Source: Candidatus Kapaibacterium sp. (GTDB lineage: Bacteria; Bacteroidota; Ignavibacteria; Kapaibacteriales; UBA2268). From it: a DNA stretch of 64,000 nt. A program made the position numbers and the translations under genes. Positions 9,489 to 19,816 of the stretch are shown here, one piece after another. The stretch covers positions 288,001 to 352,000 of the forward strand of contig OY762428.1 in NCBI GenBank assembly GCA_963665665.1, written 5' to 3'. The notes below the pieces were generated by a model. It saw only the letters and a list, made by a program, of their open reading frames with translations, had not been told where the DNA came from and did not search any database. Positions within the stretch are counted from its first letter, which is position 1. Each line of letters begins with the position of its first letter.

Positions 9489-12400
9489 TGGTGATATTAT
9501 TGGAGAAGAAAGTGATAACCCCCGAATCAGCGGATTATTTTTATAAAGAGCTGGAAAATATTATACAGTCAGCAAGTTTTGATAAAAACTCAGCGCTTCA
9601 ATTAAAAGAGCTTCTCAGGCAGATTATTAACAAATCCGTTGATGATGAGATTCAATATTTCTCATCATTCTATGCCCGCCTCGTATATGTGCTTGACAGG
9701 TTTGAAATTCCAAAAGAAACATCCAATGCAATAATTCATCTTCGAAAAAGGAGCCGTATTGTCAGCAGGCTGAAAGAATCCGACATAAAGAAAGCTGATA
9801 TTATTCGGGGGATTACAGTACTATCACTTTTGCTTTCCGGTATTTCCGGTATTGAAATTCCCGGAAAAATAAAAAAATACATATCCGACAGAGTAGAATT
9901 CCAGGCTTTGGATTACGAAAAAAAGCAAACTAAAATCAATAAGCTAAGAGGTATAATCAGCCATAAGTACAAAAAGGAAGATAAGTTAATTACCGTGTTC
10001 AGTTCTGAAGAAACAGGGCCGGCGATATTAAAACTGAAAGGTATATGGAGCAACTCGGAAAACCTGCTTATGAAATTATCAACCATTAACCTGGTTGATG
10101 TTGATTTTATTCCGGGAAATCCACCTGAAATAATTGTTGGGCATGATTCATTGCTTATCCTTGAACCTGATTTCCTTCTTGATGTAACAGATATTGCCGA
10201 ATGCTTTACCGGAAACGGATTCAACGTTATGCTTTATTTCCTGAAAAAGTTCTCCGAATGGTCAACAGGACTCCCGCTGCTTCTCGGAAACATGGTAAAT
10301 ACATGTTTCGACAGATTACTTGAAGACCCAGATACAGATCCTAACCTGATTTATGAAGAAGCCTTAAAATCACGTCCGCTTCAGCTATTTGCCGTAGCAA
10401 CAAGAGACAGGGCTGCACTTAAAATGCTGAAACCATCATTTATAAAGCATTATAATTCACTGAAAAACGTTCTTTCCGAAACCGGACTGATTAAGCAAAA
10501 CGAATTACTTAGCGTCGAACCCTCCTTTATATCTCCTCTATTCGGAATTCAGGGACGCCTGGACCTTCTAATTGAATATCCTGAGGACAGAAGCAGAAAA
10601 GATATTATTGAATTAAAATCTGGCAGGGCTCCTTCAACTGACCTGAGTGCGGCATTGCCAAACGGCACAAGAATTACTACTGGTATCTGGCCTAATAATA
10701 TGGCTCAGACAACATGTTACAACCTGCTTTTGGATTCCTCTTTCGAAAACCGAACCGGTAGTTCCCAAATACTTTATTCTAAAGACGATGCTCATCCATT
10801 AAGAAACGCCCCGAATATTCAGGGAAAAAAGGCAGAAGTGATGAATTGCAGAAACTGGATAATTGCTTATGAGAAATCCATGCTGACTGGTTTCCACCAA
10901 CTTCTGAACGGATTAAGTTCCTCCGGATTCGGCTACAGACCCTCCTATGTGGAACGCGACATTGCAGAATTTCAAAGATATTACTCAGGAGCATCCGAAC
11001 TCGTCAGGGATTATTTCCATTCCTTTATATCATTTATTCTCCGGGAACTTTTTCATGAGAAGACGGGATCAACAGACGATAACCGGCGCGGATGCCACTC
11101 TTCTCTATGGCTTGACAGCCCTGAAGACAAAAAATTGAATTTCTCTATTATATCGGGGCTTGTTATCGACCACGAAAAGTCTGATTTCAAACAAATGCAC
11201 CTGATAATGACTACCGATCCGGATAATATTCAAAACTCTTCTTTCCGCAACGGGGACATATTTATATTATATCCCCAATCCGAAAAATCAGGCCCGGAAA
11301 ACAACCAGTTGATAAAGGGTGCCATAAAGAATATTGGTTACGATTATATTGAACTTACTCTAAGGAACAAACTTGTTAACCGCCGCCACCTTGAAAGTTT
11401 TGAATCATGGATTCTCGAACCGGATCATATTGATATAACAAATAAAAAATTATTCCAGTCGCTTTTCCAATTATTGAAATGCCCGGTTGAAAAGCAGGAA
11501 ATATTATTGGGAATACGGGAACCCAATGTTAGTTTGAAATCAGGTGACCTGATTGATTTCCCTCTTCCGGATGAACTGAACGATGTTCAGAAAGAACTAA
11601 TATTAAAAGCTATTAACGCTGAAGATTACTTCCTTTTGCAGGGGCCTCCCGGAACCGGAAAAACATCATATATGTTGAAGAATATTATCAAAATATTATT
11701 TGAATCAGGGCCGGCAAATATTCTTCTGCTTGCTTATACAAACAGGGCTGTTGACGAGATATGCTCAACACTTCTCAAGATTGACAACGATTTCCCTTTT
11801 ATTCGTCTTGGTTCAAGAGAGTCGTCTGTTCATAAGGACAAGCTAATTCCAAACCTTGTTGACCAATTGAGTATGAACGAAATATATAGCAAAGTTCTCG
11901 ATACGAGAGTTTTTGTAAGTACTGTTTCTTCTGTGATCACAACTCCTGAAATTTTCGAAATAAAGGAATTTGACATCGCCATTCTGGACGAAGCATCCCA
12001 GGTACTTGAACCGCAAATAACCGGAATTCTTTCCAAAGTGGATAAATTCATACTAATAGGGGATGAAAAACAACTACCGGCAGTAGTTACACAACCTGAA
12101 ACAGCAAGTAGCTGTGAAAATGATGAACTGAAAAAAATAAATATCACAGATTTCAGAAATTCATTTTTCGAACGCCTTATTGGATGCTGCATTCAAAACA
12201 ACTGGGATCAGGCCTATGGTATGCTTAGTTACCAGGGAAGAATGCATGAAGATATACAGGAATTTCCAAACAAATTTTTCTACGCAAACAAGCTGAAGAT
12301 ATTTCCTGATATGGCCTGGCAGACAGAATCGGATAATTTATTTGCCTCAGATTCGGATTACGGCCTGGAAAAACAACTTTCCTCCTCCAGACTAGTATTT

Positions 12401-12868
12401 ATTGATTCTGACAAATGTGCAACATTAAAAACCGACAGCTTCGAAGCAGATAAAGTAATAGAAATTATTAACCTGATTTACGAGAAAGAGGGTGAGACAT
12501 TTTCCACCGAAAGTGTTGGAGTTATTAGCCCCTTTCGTGCCCAATGTGCGGAAATTAACCGAAAGCTGCCGGTAAAATTAAAGGATATGGTATCTGTTGA
12601 TACCGTGGAACGTTTCCAGGGTTCTGAAAGAAAATGTATAATTATGTCATGTGCAGTAAATCATGAATATTTGCTGAAAAGTATTGCTGCCACTGCAAAT
12701 ATCAACGGTATTGAAATTGACCGTAAGCTAAATGTAGCGCTTACCAGGGCGAAGGAAAGAATTATTATTCTTGGAAATTCAAAATATCTTGAACGCCTTC
12801 CCTCCTACCGCAATCTGATTGATTTCATCAGGGATAAGGGAGGCTACATCATGGATTATTTTGGTTGA
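9488..12868 (+). CDS. Dna2-like PD-(D/E)XK nuclease fused to SF1B (UPF1/Dna2) helicase
   Basis: QGRLDLL...IIELKSG nuclease motif; QGPPGTGKT Walker A, DEASQ, GDEKQL, TVERFQGSE, LNVALTRA; start codon uncertain. Confidence 0.85.
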   Translation: MVILLEKKVITPESADYFYKELENIIQSASFDKNSALQLKELLRQIINKSVDDEIQYFSSFYARLVYVLDRFEIPKETSNAIIHLRKRSRIVSRLKESDIKKADIIRGITVLSLLLSGISGIEIPGKIKKYISDRVEFQALDYEKKQTKINKLRGIISHKYKKEDKLITVFSSEETGPAILKLKGIWSNSENLLMKLSTINLVDVDFIPGNPPEIIVGHDSLLILEPDFLLDVTDIAECFTGNGFNVMLYFLKKFSEWSTGLPLLLGNMVNTCFDRLLEDPDTDPNLIYEEALKSRPLQLFAVATRDRAALKMLKPSFIKHYNSLKNVLSETGLIKQNELLSVEPSFISPLFGIQGRLDLLIEYPEDRSRKDIIELKSGRAPSTDLSAALPNGTRITTGIWPNNMAQTTCYNLLLDSSFENRTGSSQILYSKDDAHPLRNAPNIQGKKAEVMNCRNWIIAYEKSMLTGFHQLLNGLSSSGFGYRPSYVERDIAEFQRYYSGASELVRDYFHSFISFILRELFHEKTGSTDDNRRGCHSSLWLDSPEDKKLNFSIISGLVIDHEKSDFKQMHLIMTTDPDNIQNSSFRNGDIFILYPQSEKSGPENNQLIKGAIKNIGYDYIELTLRNKLVNRRHLESFESWILEPDHIDITNKKLFQSLFQLLKCPVEKQEILLGIREPNVSLKSGDLIDFPLPDELNDVQKELILKAINAEDYFLLQGPPGTGKTSYMLKNIIKILFESGPANILLLAYTNRAVDEICSTLLKIDNDFPFIRLGSRESSVHKDKLIPNLVDQLSMNEIYSKVLDTRVFVSTVSSVITTPEIFEIKEFDIAILDEASQVLEPQITGILSKVDKFILIGDEKQLPAVVTQPETASSCENDELKKINITDFRNSFFERLIGCCIQNNWDQAYGMLSYQGRMHEDIQEFPNKFFYANKLKIFPDMAWQTESDNLFASDSDYGLEKQLSSSRLVFIDSDKCATLKTDSFEADKVIEIINLIYEKEGETFSTESVGVISPFRAQCAEINRKLPVKLKDMVSVDTVERFQGSERKCIIMSCAVNHEYLLKSIAATANINGIEIDRKLNVALTRAKERIIILGNSKYLERLPSYRNLIDFIRDKGGYIMDYFG

Positions 12869-12879
12869 GGATAGTTGTT

Positions 12880-13974
12880 TCAAAACCATCCTGATATGAT
12901 ACCTCCGCCAACAAGGTCATTGCCTTCGTACATAACAAGGGACTGGCCGGGAGTAATTGCTCTCTGACTTTCGGCAAACCTGACAATAAGCCTGCCTTCA
13001 TCATCAATTTTACATTTCCCCTGATGCCCCGGATCATTATACCTGATTTTTACGGTAAATTCTCTTTCTTCTGAAAGATCAGAATACTTGATAATATTAG
13101 GACTTTCTGCAATTACACCAATATGTGATAATTCCTGATTACGCCCTATTTTAACAATATTTTCCGCCGGGATAATCTCTTTCACATACAATGGTTCTTT
13201 GTATGTTACTCCCAGGCCCTTTCTTTGACCGATTGTATAGAAAGGAAACCCCTTGTGTTCTCCAATCTTCTGATTTCCAAACAATATATCTCCCGGCCCG
13301 ACAAGCTCTTCAATATTTGATACAGCTTCGCGCATAAATCTGTGATAATCATTATCAGGAATAAAGCATACTTCCTGAGATTCCGGTTTGTCTTTAACAA
13401 TCAGGTTAAACTCATCGGCCAATTCTCTGGTCTGAATTTTTGTCAGTCCTGATAATGGAAACAGGGTTCTGGCAATTTGCTCCTGGGCCATCCCCCAGAG
13501 GACATAAGATTGATCTTTTGAGCCGTCAGTACCTTTTGAAATAACCCAACGGCCGGTACTTTCATCAAGCCTGTTACTGATGTAATGGCCGGTTGCAACA
13601 TAGTAAGCATTCTCTTCATCGGCAATTCTAAGCATTTCTCCCCATTTTAATAATGGGTTGCACCTTGTACATGGATTAGGGGTCCGCCCTTTCATGTATT
13701 CATCAATAAAATAATTAATAATTTCATTTTTAAACAGATCAGCGCTCGTAATAACTCTGTGTTCTATCCCAATTGACCTGCAAACTTCAGCGGCATCATT
13801 AACATGCTGATCTAATGATGCTTTCTTGCTTTCCCCGGTTTTATTTACTTCCTTTTCATCAAAGAAGCGAAATGTTACCCCGATTACTTCAAAGCCCTGC
13901 CGGTTCAGGGCAGCTGCTGCTACTGATGAATCAACTCCTCCGGACATTCCGAGTATTACTTTATTCTTTTTCAT
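12880..13974 (-). CDS. mnmA: tRNA 2-thiouridine(34) synthase
   Basis: SGGVDS PP-loop, TPNPC, ATGHY, KDQSY, SQEVCF, TIGQRKG, ITPGQ. Confidence 0.97.
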   Translation of the reverse strand: MKKNKVILGMSGGVDSSVAAAALNRQGFEVIGVTFRFFDEKEVNKTGESKKASLDQHVNDAAEVCRSIGIEHRVITSADLFKNEIINYFIDEYMKGRTPNPCTRCNPLLKWGEMLRIADEENAYYVATGHYISNRLDESTGRWVISKGTDGSKDQSYVLWGMAQEQIARTLFPLSGLTKIQTRELADEFNLIVKDKPESQEVCFIPDNDYHRFMREAVSNIEELVGPGDILFGNQKIGEHKGFPFYTIGQRKGLGVTYKEPLYVKEIIPAENIVKIGRNQELSHIGVIAESPNIIKYSDLSEEREFTVKIRYNDPGHQGKCKIDDEGRLIVRFAESQRAITPGQSLVMYEGNDLVGGGIISGWF

Positions 13975-14282
13975 ATATATCAATATCTTTTTTAAATTAC
14001 AATTTTAAGATTAGCAATATAAGCAGTATTTTTTGTTAAGGCTAAAAAAATATTTATATGATAAATTGTTAAATTGCATTTTGTAAGAAAAATATTTTCT
14101 GATAAATCAAATAAAATTTTCCACATCTAAAAGATTTCTATGACATTTAGATAATAATTACTATCTTTGTAATCGGTTAATTTAACTATTACGATAATGT
14201 GTTTTGACATCTATTTTAAATTAACCGTTTGAAAATGAAAGACAGATAATAATTTGTAATATTCTAATATTCGAGGATTGAT

Positions 14283-14516
14283 ATGGCACGCAGATGTCAG
14301 TTGACAGGAAAAGGGCCGATGGTAGGAAACAATGTTTCTCATGCCCACAACAAGACGAAAAGGCGCTTTCTTCCTAATCTCCAGACAAAAAGAATCTGGC
14401 TTCCGGAAGAAAAGAAATGGATCAGAGTAAAACTTACAACAAGGGCACTCAGGACTCTTGATAAAAAAGGTTCCGGCGAGCTTTATAAAGAACTCAGAAA
14501 ACTCGCAGCCAAATAA
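14283..14516 (+). CDS. rpmB: 50S ribosomal protein L28
   Basis: [10 protein letters not shown]...[20 protein letters not shown]. Confidence 0.98.
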   Translation: MARRCQLTGKGPMVGNNVSHAHNKTKRRFLPNLQTKRIWLPEEKKWIRVKLTTRALRTLDKKGSGELYKELRKLAAK

Positions 14517-14521
14517 TTTTG

Positions 14522-14548
14522 AAGCCCCGTTAAAGGGGCTTTTTTTTT
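14522..14548 (+). terminator. Intrinsic terminator after rpmB
   Basis: AAGCCCC-gttaaa-GGGGCTT followed by T run. Confidence 0.85.
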
Positions 14549-14621
14549 GCCCGATATTCTTGCAATTCATATTATCTCTGATTATTTTGTTATAATCTGA
14601 ATTTACAGCAAAGATATCAGA

Positions 14622-15257
14622 ATGTATGAGCAGGAAAGAAGAAAATTAATACTGGGACTAAAGCAAAAAGGAATCAGGGACGAGAGGCTTCTCTCGGTAT
14701 TATCTGCTTTGCCCAGGGAGTTTTTCATTTCTGCAAATCTTAGAAAAAATGCTTATACAGACAATGCCCTGCCGATTGACTGCGGCCAGACTATATCACA
14801 GCCATACACAATAGCATACATGACTGAACTACTGAAAGTTGAACCCGGATCTAAAGTTTTGGAAATTGGTACCGGAAGCGGTTATCAGGCTGCTATTCTT
14901 CATCGATTGGGAGCCAGAGTTTATTCCGTTGAAAGAATTCCGCATTTATTCAATAGGGCAGTCAAACTTTTCAGAACTCTGGATATGGATATTTCCTGTT
15001 ATCTCGGTGACGGAACCGAAGGATTGAGTGAATTCTCACCTTACGACAGAATAATTGTGACGGCTGCAGCGCCTGATATACCTGCCCCCCTTATATCGCA
15101 ACTTGGCATTAACGGACGAATGGTTATTCCTGTTGGCGGCAAAGCCTGGCAATCGATGGTTTTGATTATTAAAACAGACAAAAATAGTTATAAAAGAATT
15201 GATTATGAATCTTTCCGCTTTGTGCCTCTTATTGGTTCCGAGGGTTGGGAAGAATGA
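14622..15257 (+). CDS. pcm: Protein-L-isoaspartate O-methyltransferase
   Basis: QTISQPY, VLEIGTGSGYQAA, PYDRIIVTAAA, FRFVPL. Confidence 0.95.
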   Translation: MYEQERRKLILGLKQKGIRDERLLSVLSALPREFFISANLRKNAYTDNALPIDCGQTISQPYTIAYMTELLKVEPGSKVLEIGTGSGYQAAILHRLGARVYSVERIPHLFNRAVKLFRTLDMDISCYLGDGTEGLSEFSPYDRIIVTAAAPDIPAPLISQLGINGRMVIPVGGKAWQSMVLIIKTDKNSYKRIDYESFRFVPLIGSEGWEE

Positions 15258-15277
15258 TATTATCAATAATTGATTGA

Positions 15278-16231
15278 ATGCAAACGGAGACAAAATTGGA
15301 AGAAAAAATACCACTGATAGTAATTCTGGGACCTACAGCATCAGGCAAGACCGGATTATCAATTGAATTATCTGCCGGTATGGACATTGAAATAATATCA
15401 TCTGATTCCAGGCAATTATATAAATATTTGGATATTGGAACAGCTAAGCCCGAAAAACATGAGCTTAAAGCAGTAAAACATCATTTCATTGATATTCTTG
15501 AACCCGATGAATATTTCAGTGCCGGCATGTTTGGTGAACAGGCTGCGATTAAAGCAGCAGAGATTTATAAATCAGGTAAAATCCCGGTTTTAGTCGGTGG
15601 AAGCGGATTATATGTAAAAGCCCTATGCGAAGGATTTTTTGAGGAAACGGGTTACTCCCGCGAAGAACAACAGTCCGCGAGAAAAAGAGTTGAAATAATG
15701 ATTAACGGCCTTGGAAATGATGCTGCCTTCGATGAATTGAAAAAAGTGGATCCGGATTCCGCAGAGTTATATTCTGACAAAAATCCACGCAGAATCCTTC
15801 GTGCTCTGGAATATTATCAACTAACCGGCAAACCTTTCTCTAAGGCAAAGCAAAACATGAAAGAACCAGCCGTTAATCCAATTTATTTTGGTATAGAATG
15901 GGAAAGAGAAGCGCTGTATAAAAGGATCAATATGAGGACTGACCTGATGTGGCGCGGCGGTTTGGTAGATGAAACAAGAAAAGTGCTTGGAATGGGATTT
16001 TCACCGGAACTTAATTCCCTTAATACCGTTGGTTATAAAGAGGCAATAGCGTTTATTAACGGAGAAATGGGAACTTTTGAAGCTGTTGAAAAAATAAAAC
16101 AAAATACCAGACGATACGCTAAAAGGCAAATGACATGGTATCGGAGGTATAACAACATAGATTGGATTGATAATAAAAAAGAAAAACACCTGCATATTAT
16201 TGAAAAATGTATGAAATGTTTCGGGCTTTGA
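15278..16231 (+). CDS. miaA: tRNA dimethylallyltransferase
   Basis: GPTASGKT, DSRQLY...DIGTAKP, VGGSGLY, TRRYAKRQMTW. Confidence 0.97.
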   Translation: MQTETKLEEKIPLIVILGPTASGKTGLSIELSAGMDIEIISSDSRQLYKYLDIGTAKPEKHELKAVKHHFIDILEPDEYFSAGMFGEQAAIKAAEIYKSGKIPVLVGGSGLYVKALCEGFFEETGYSREEQQSARKRVEIMINGLGNDAAFDELKKVDPDSAELYSDKNPRRILRALEYYQLTGKPFSKAKQNMKEPAVNPIYFGIEWEREALYKRINMRTDLMWRGGLVDETRKVLGMGFSPELNSLNTVGYKEAIAFINGEMGTFEAVEKIKQNTRRYAKRQMTWYRRYNNIDWIDNKKEKHLHIIEKCMKCFGL

Positions 16232-16302
16232 AGTGTTTATTTATATAATGGGGCAGCCTGCCTGGCAGGTTATGTTGGATTACTAAAAGAAATGGACTAA
16301 AA

Positions 16303-19300
16303 ATGAAGCAACTACCGGCTATTATAATATTTATATTACCGGTATTGCTATTTTCCGGAGAAATAAGCCTTTATGAAATCGATACTACTTCATATCCCCA
16401 TATCAATATGAGATGTGACATTTACAGCAATGATTACGGTCTTATAACTGACAGTACAGATGCCAATTTCGTTTTAAAAGAAAATAATCAGCAAATATTT
16501 GATTATAATATTCAATGCCATGATATTCTGAACCCTGTTGAAATCTCTGTTGTTGTTGCAATGGATGTTTCGGGATCTATGCTGATAGAAACTGAAGATG
16601 GTATTACAAGATATGAACTGATTGTTCAGGCCGTAAAGCAGTTCATTAATATTATTGATTTCCATGAAAATTCCGAAGCTGCAATTTTAACTTTCAGTAA
16701 TGAAATCGGGCAGAATAGTGGATTCAGCTCTAACAAATATATTTTGCGCCGCTTTATTGACACAGTGAAACTAACAGAACAAACAGCAACAAGTTATATA
16801 AATGCATTTACTTCGGAAAACGGAATTTTCTCAACATTGAAGAAGTCCCGATCAGACAATCAAAAAATTGTGATTTTTATTACCGACGGTTTTTCAGAAG
16901 ATTATATTAACAATGTTATTGATCAGGCAGTCAGGGAAAATATTAAGGTGTATCCAATTACTTTATCGGCTAAAATGCCTGATAAACTGGAAAGAATGGC
17001 CGAAAATACTAAATCCAAATCTTTTGAAATTTACAACCTTTCTTATGCTTTTGGTGTCTTTTCAGAAATACTACATCAGATACAGCCGGAGAGATATTGT
17101 ACTTTAACATACAAATCAAATGATTTTTGTTCAATTTCAGAACGAATTAAGCAATTAGATGTAAATTATATACCTGAAGATATTTCAGGAACAACCTGGA
17201 TTTATATTGATCCAAAAGAACGGGTGAAAATATCACAATCATTTTATAATAACATGTTTATTTACGACGGCTTTGAATTTAAATCTGATACTTTGTGGAT
17301 TTATGCTGAACAGAAAGATTCTTACCTTGACACTCTCTATTTTTCAACAAATTCTGACAAATTTTCTTACAGCCTCAGTGATAATCATTTTCCCATAAAA
17401 ATAGCTTCCGGGGATTCACTGCCTGTTTATCTGCATTATGAAAATGAAGATTTTACAGAACGTCTGATCACTAAGCTAAACATTTTAACATCTCCCTGCC
17501 CCCTTGAACCTGTAATTTGCAAAGCTCCGTATTCAGTTGAAACAAATCCCTCTGTAAATTTCGATGCCGTAAGGGTAAATTCTAAATTCCAGAAAAATTC
17601 AGTCTGCCTTTTTTCGAATTATTCCTATGAAGGAATAACTGTTCATCCTGTTATCAGGGGAAGTGACGAAACTTATTTCGAGCTTCAGGATGAAGGCAAA
17701 TATCATTATGTTCCAAGCGGAGACAGTTTATTTCTTGACATCATATTCCTGCCGAAAGAAATTCGTGAATATCATGCTTATATAGATTACGAACTGCCCG
17801 TTAATAATGAGAATTATTATACTTTTCTTAACGGGAATGGAACAATGTCCGACATACTTGCCAAAAACGTTGAATTCGGTAAAAGGCTGGTTGGCGGAAA
17901 ATTTGATACGACTTTGGCGATTATCAATACTTCCGTAATAGATATTGATATTTACCGGGTAATTGCTCTGGACAGAAACGATCCGGATTATGATATAAAA
18001 CAACTAAATTCAATCAAAATTCCATCCGGCGATACTTTGTTTTATCCTTTTTCTTTTACTCCTCAAACTGTCGGGCTTCATACTAACGCTATTGTAATAG
18101 ATTACACGGGAGCCAATTCTGATACTGTTGCATTAAGCGGTAACGGATTTTTCAGTGGATTCGAAAATTATAAAATTAACTATCCCGATAAAAGAATTTT
18201 AACCCAAAATGATACCAGCTTAAGTATTATAAACAATACAAACATTGCTTTGCGATTATCAGCTATCAATGAAATAATTAATACTTCCAATGCTTTTGAT
18301 ATTGTGGATATCACAGACCCAATAATACTTCAACCGGGAGATACCGCCAGGATTGAAGCATTTTTTACACCGCCAAATACAGGATATTTCGAGGCTGAAT
18401 ATGAAGTTGTAACTGAAACTTTAGAAGAAAATATATATATTAGTTTTAAGGGCAATGGTTTCCTGCCGGAAATTTTATATGGTACTCCTGTTTTCCAGCC
18501 TGTATCAAAGAATAATCAATCAATTGGATTTTTCGAAATATTGAATTCCTCGTCAAATACTGATTTATCAGTCACCGGTATTAGTATCATCTCAGGAAGT
18601 AATGTTTTCTCGGATGATATCACTATATCCTTTCCACATATAATAAAGCCGGGAGAAAATATTCCTGTAAATGTCACATTTAAACCTTCTGATTTCGGTG
18701 ATTATACAGGATCCATTGAAATATTATCCGACGCACTGCCGGGGCCTGAAACTTATCCTTTAAGAAGAGATACGATTAATTTCACTGCCATCAGTACCGG
18801 CTTTTCACTTGACAGTACCAGGCTGATTTTTCCTCCTATTCTTAGCTGTGATTCATCCGAAAAAGTTCTTAAGATTTTTAACGAATCATCTGTTGAATTG
18901 CAGATCGATTCAATTATTTTTATTCCGGATGACAATAACTTTATAGTTCAAAATCCGGTTTTAAATATCAAATCCTTTGACAGCCTGGAACTCCGTATTA
19001 TGTTTGTTCCGCTGGAAGCGATTAATTACCATACTAAAATGATAATATTTGCAGGTGAAACAAGTGATACAGTTGAGATTATTGCTGGAGCATATCACTC
19101 ACAGGCACAAATGTCCTTTTTTTACAACAGGCTCGTTGTTATACCAGGGCAGGCTGTTCAATTGCCGGTTCATATTGATATTCCTGAAGATTTTAATATT
19201 TATGTTAATGAACTAAAAATTTTCTTCGATTACAATCATCTGGGCTTAAGATACATGGAAAACTCTTTTTCCCCCGATCTTCCGGGATTTTCATGGATAA

Positions 19301-19803
19301 AATCAGATAATCAGGATCATACCATTGAATTTTCCGCTACAATTTCAGATCCTGCAAAATTACGCCCGTTTAATTTCAACATCAGGTTTATGACCTTTAT
19401 TCACAATGAAAATGAAATAACGATAAACTCAGGATTTGAAATTGGACAGAATCTGGATTGTATTAATAATATCGGGGATAATCTTGTTTTAGTTGAAGAT
19501 TATTGCCTGAGAGAATTGCGTAAACTTGTTATTAATTCTGAAAATTTCTACCTGAATGAAATATCACCTAATCCTGTTGAAGAGAATTTTAATCTGACAT
19601 ACGGCCTTGGTATTGATTGCCATGTGGAAATATCAATATTCAATACTTTGGGCCAGAAAGTATCCAAAGTTCGAAGCCAGAAATCAGAAAAGGGCGATTA
19701 TAATATCAATCATGATGTATCAAGCCTTGGTTCGGGAGTTTATACATTGCTGATGAAAGCAGGGCCTTTCAGCAAAGCAATACCATTAATAATAGAAAGA
19801 TAG
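16303..19803 (+). CDS. Secreted VWA-domain protein with tandem Ig-like (choice-of-anchor D/ASH-type) repeats and T9SS type A sorting domain
   Basis: MIDAS DVSGS...T...ITDG; repeated I-x-SGDS/T...F-x-P...G/Y modules; C-terminal ISPNP...IFNTLGQ...SGVY. Confidence 0.8.
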   Translation: MKQLPAIIIFILPVLLFSGEISLYEIDTTSYPHINMRCDIYSNDYGLITDSTDANFVLKENNQQIFDYNIQCHDILNPVEISVVVAMDVSGSMLIETEDGITRYELIVQAVKQFINIIDFHENSEAAILTFSNEIGQNSGFSSNKYILRRFIDTVKLTEQTATSYINAFTSENGIFSTLKKSRSDNQKIVIFITDGFSEDYINNVIDQAVRENIKVYPITLSAKMPDKLERMAENTKSKSFEIYNLSYAFGVFSEILHQIQPERYCTLTYKSNDFCSISERIKQLDVNYIPEDISGTTWIYIDPKERVKISQSFYNNMFIYDGFEFKSDTLWIYAEQKDSYLDTLYFSTNSDKFSYSLSDNHFPIKIASGDSLPVYLHYENEDFTERLITKLNILTSPCPLEPVICKAPYSVETNPSVNFDAVRVNSKFQKNSVCLFSNYSYEGITVHPVIRGSDETYFELQDEGKYHYVPSGDSLFLDIIFLPKEIREYHAYIDYELPVNNENYYTFLNGNGTMSDILAKNVEFGKRLVGGKFDTTLAIINTSVIDIDIYRVIALDRNDPDYDIKQLNSIKIPSGDTLFYPFSFTPQTVGLHTNAIVIDYTGANSDTVALSGNGFFSGFENYKINYPDKRILTQNDTSLSIINNTNIALRLSAINEIINTSNAFDIVDITDPIILQPGDTARIEAFFTPPNTGYFEAEYEVVTETLEENIYISFKGNGFLPEILYGTPVFQPVSKNNQSIGFFEILNSSSNTDLSVTGISIISGSNVFSDDITISFPHIIKPGENIPVNVTFKPSDFGDYTGSIEILSDALPGPETYPLRRDTINFTAISTGFSLDSTRLIFPPILSCDSSEKVLKIFNESSVELQIDSIIFIPDDNNFIVQNPVLNIKSFDSLELRIMFVPLEAINYHTKMIIFAGETSDTVEIIAGAYHSQAQMSFFYNRLVVIPGQAVQLPVHIDIPEDFNIYVNELKIFFDYNHLGLRYMENSFSPDLPGFSWIKSDNQDHTIEFSATISDPAKLRPFNFNIRFMTFIHNENEITINSGFEIGQNLDCINNIGDNLVLVEDYCLRELRKLVINSENFYLNEISPNPVEENFNLTYGLGIDCHVEISIFNTLGQKVSKVRSQKSEKGDYNINHDVSSLGSGVYTLLMKAGPFSKAIPLIIER

Positions 19804-19816
19804 CCTGATAATTGTA

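Noticed and set aside
9488-12868. Cas4/CRISPR or defence-system call for the nuclease-helicase
   Set aside because: No array, cas1/cas2 or defence neighbours; housekeeping context
16252-16270. GGCAGCCTGCCTG shared with 47233-47245, a small CCTGCC/GGCAGG palindrome
   Set aside because: Only two short copies, one inside a terminator; too little to call a REP family
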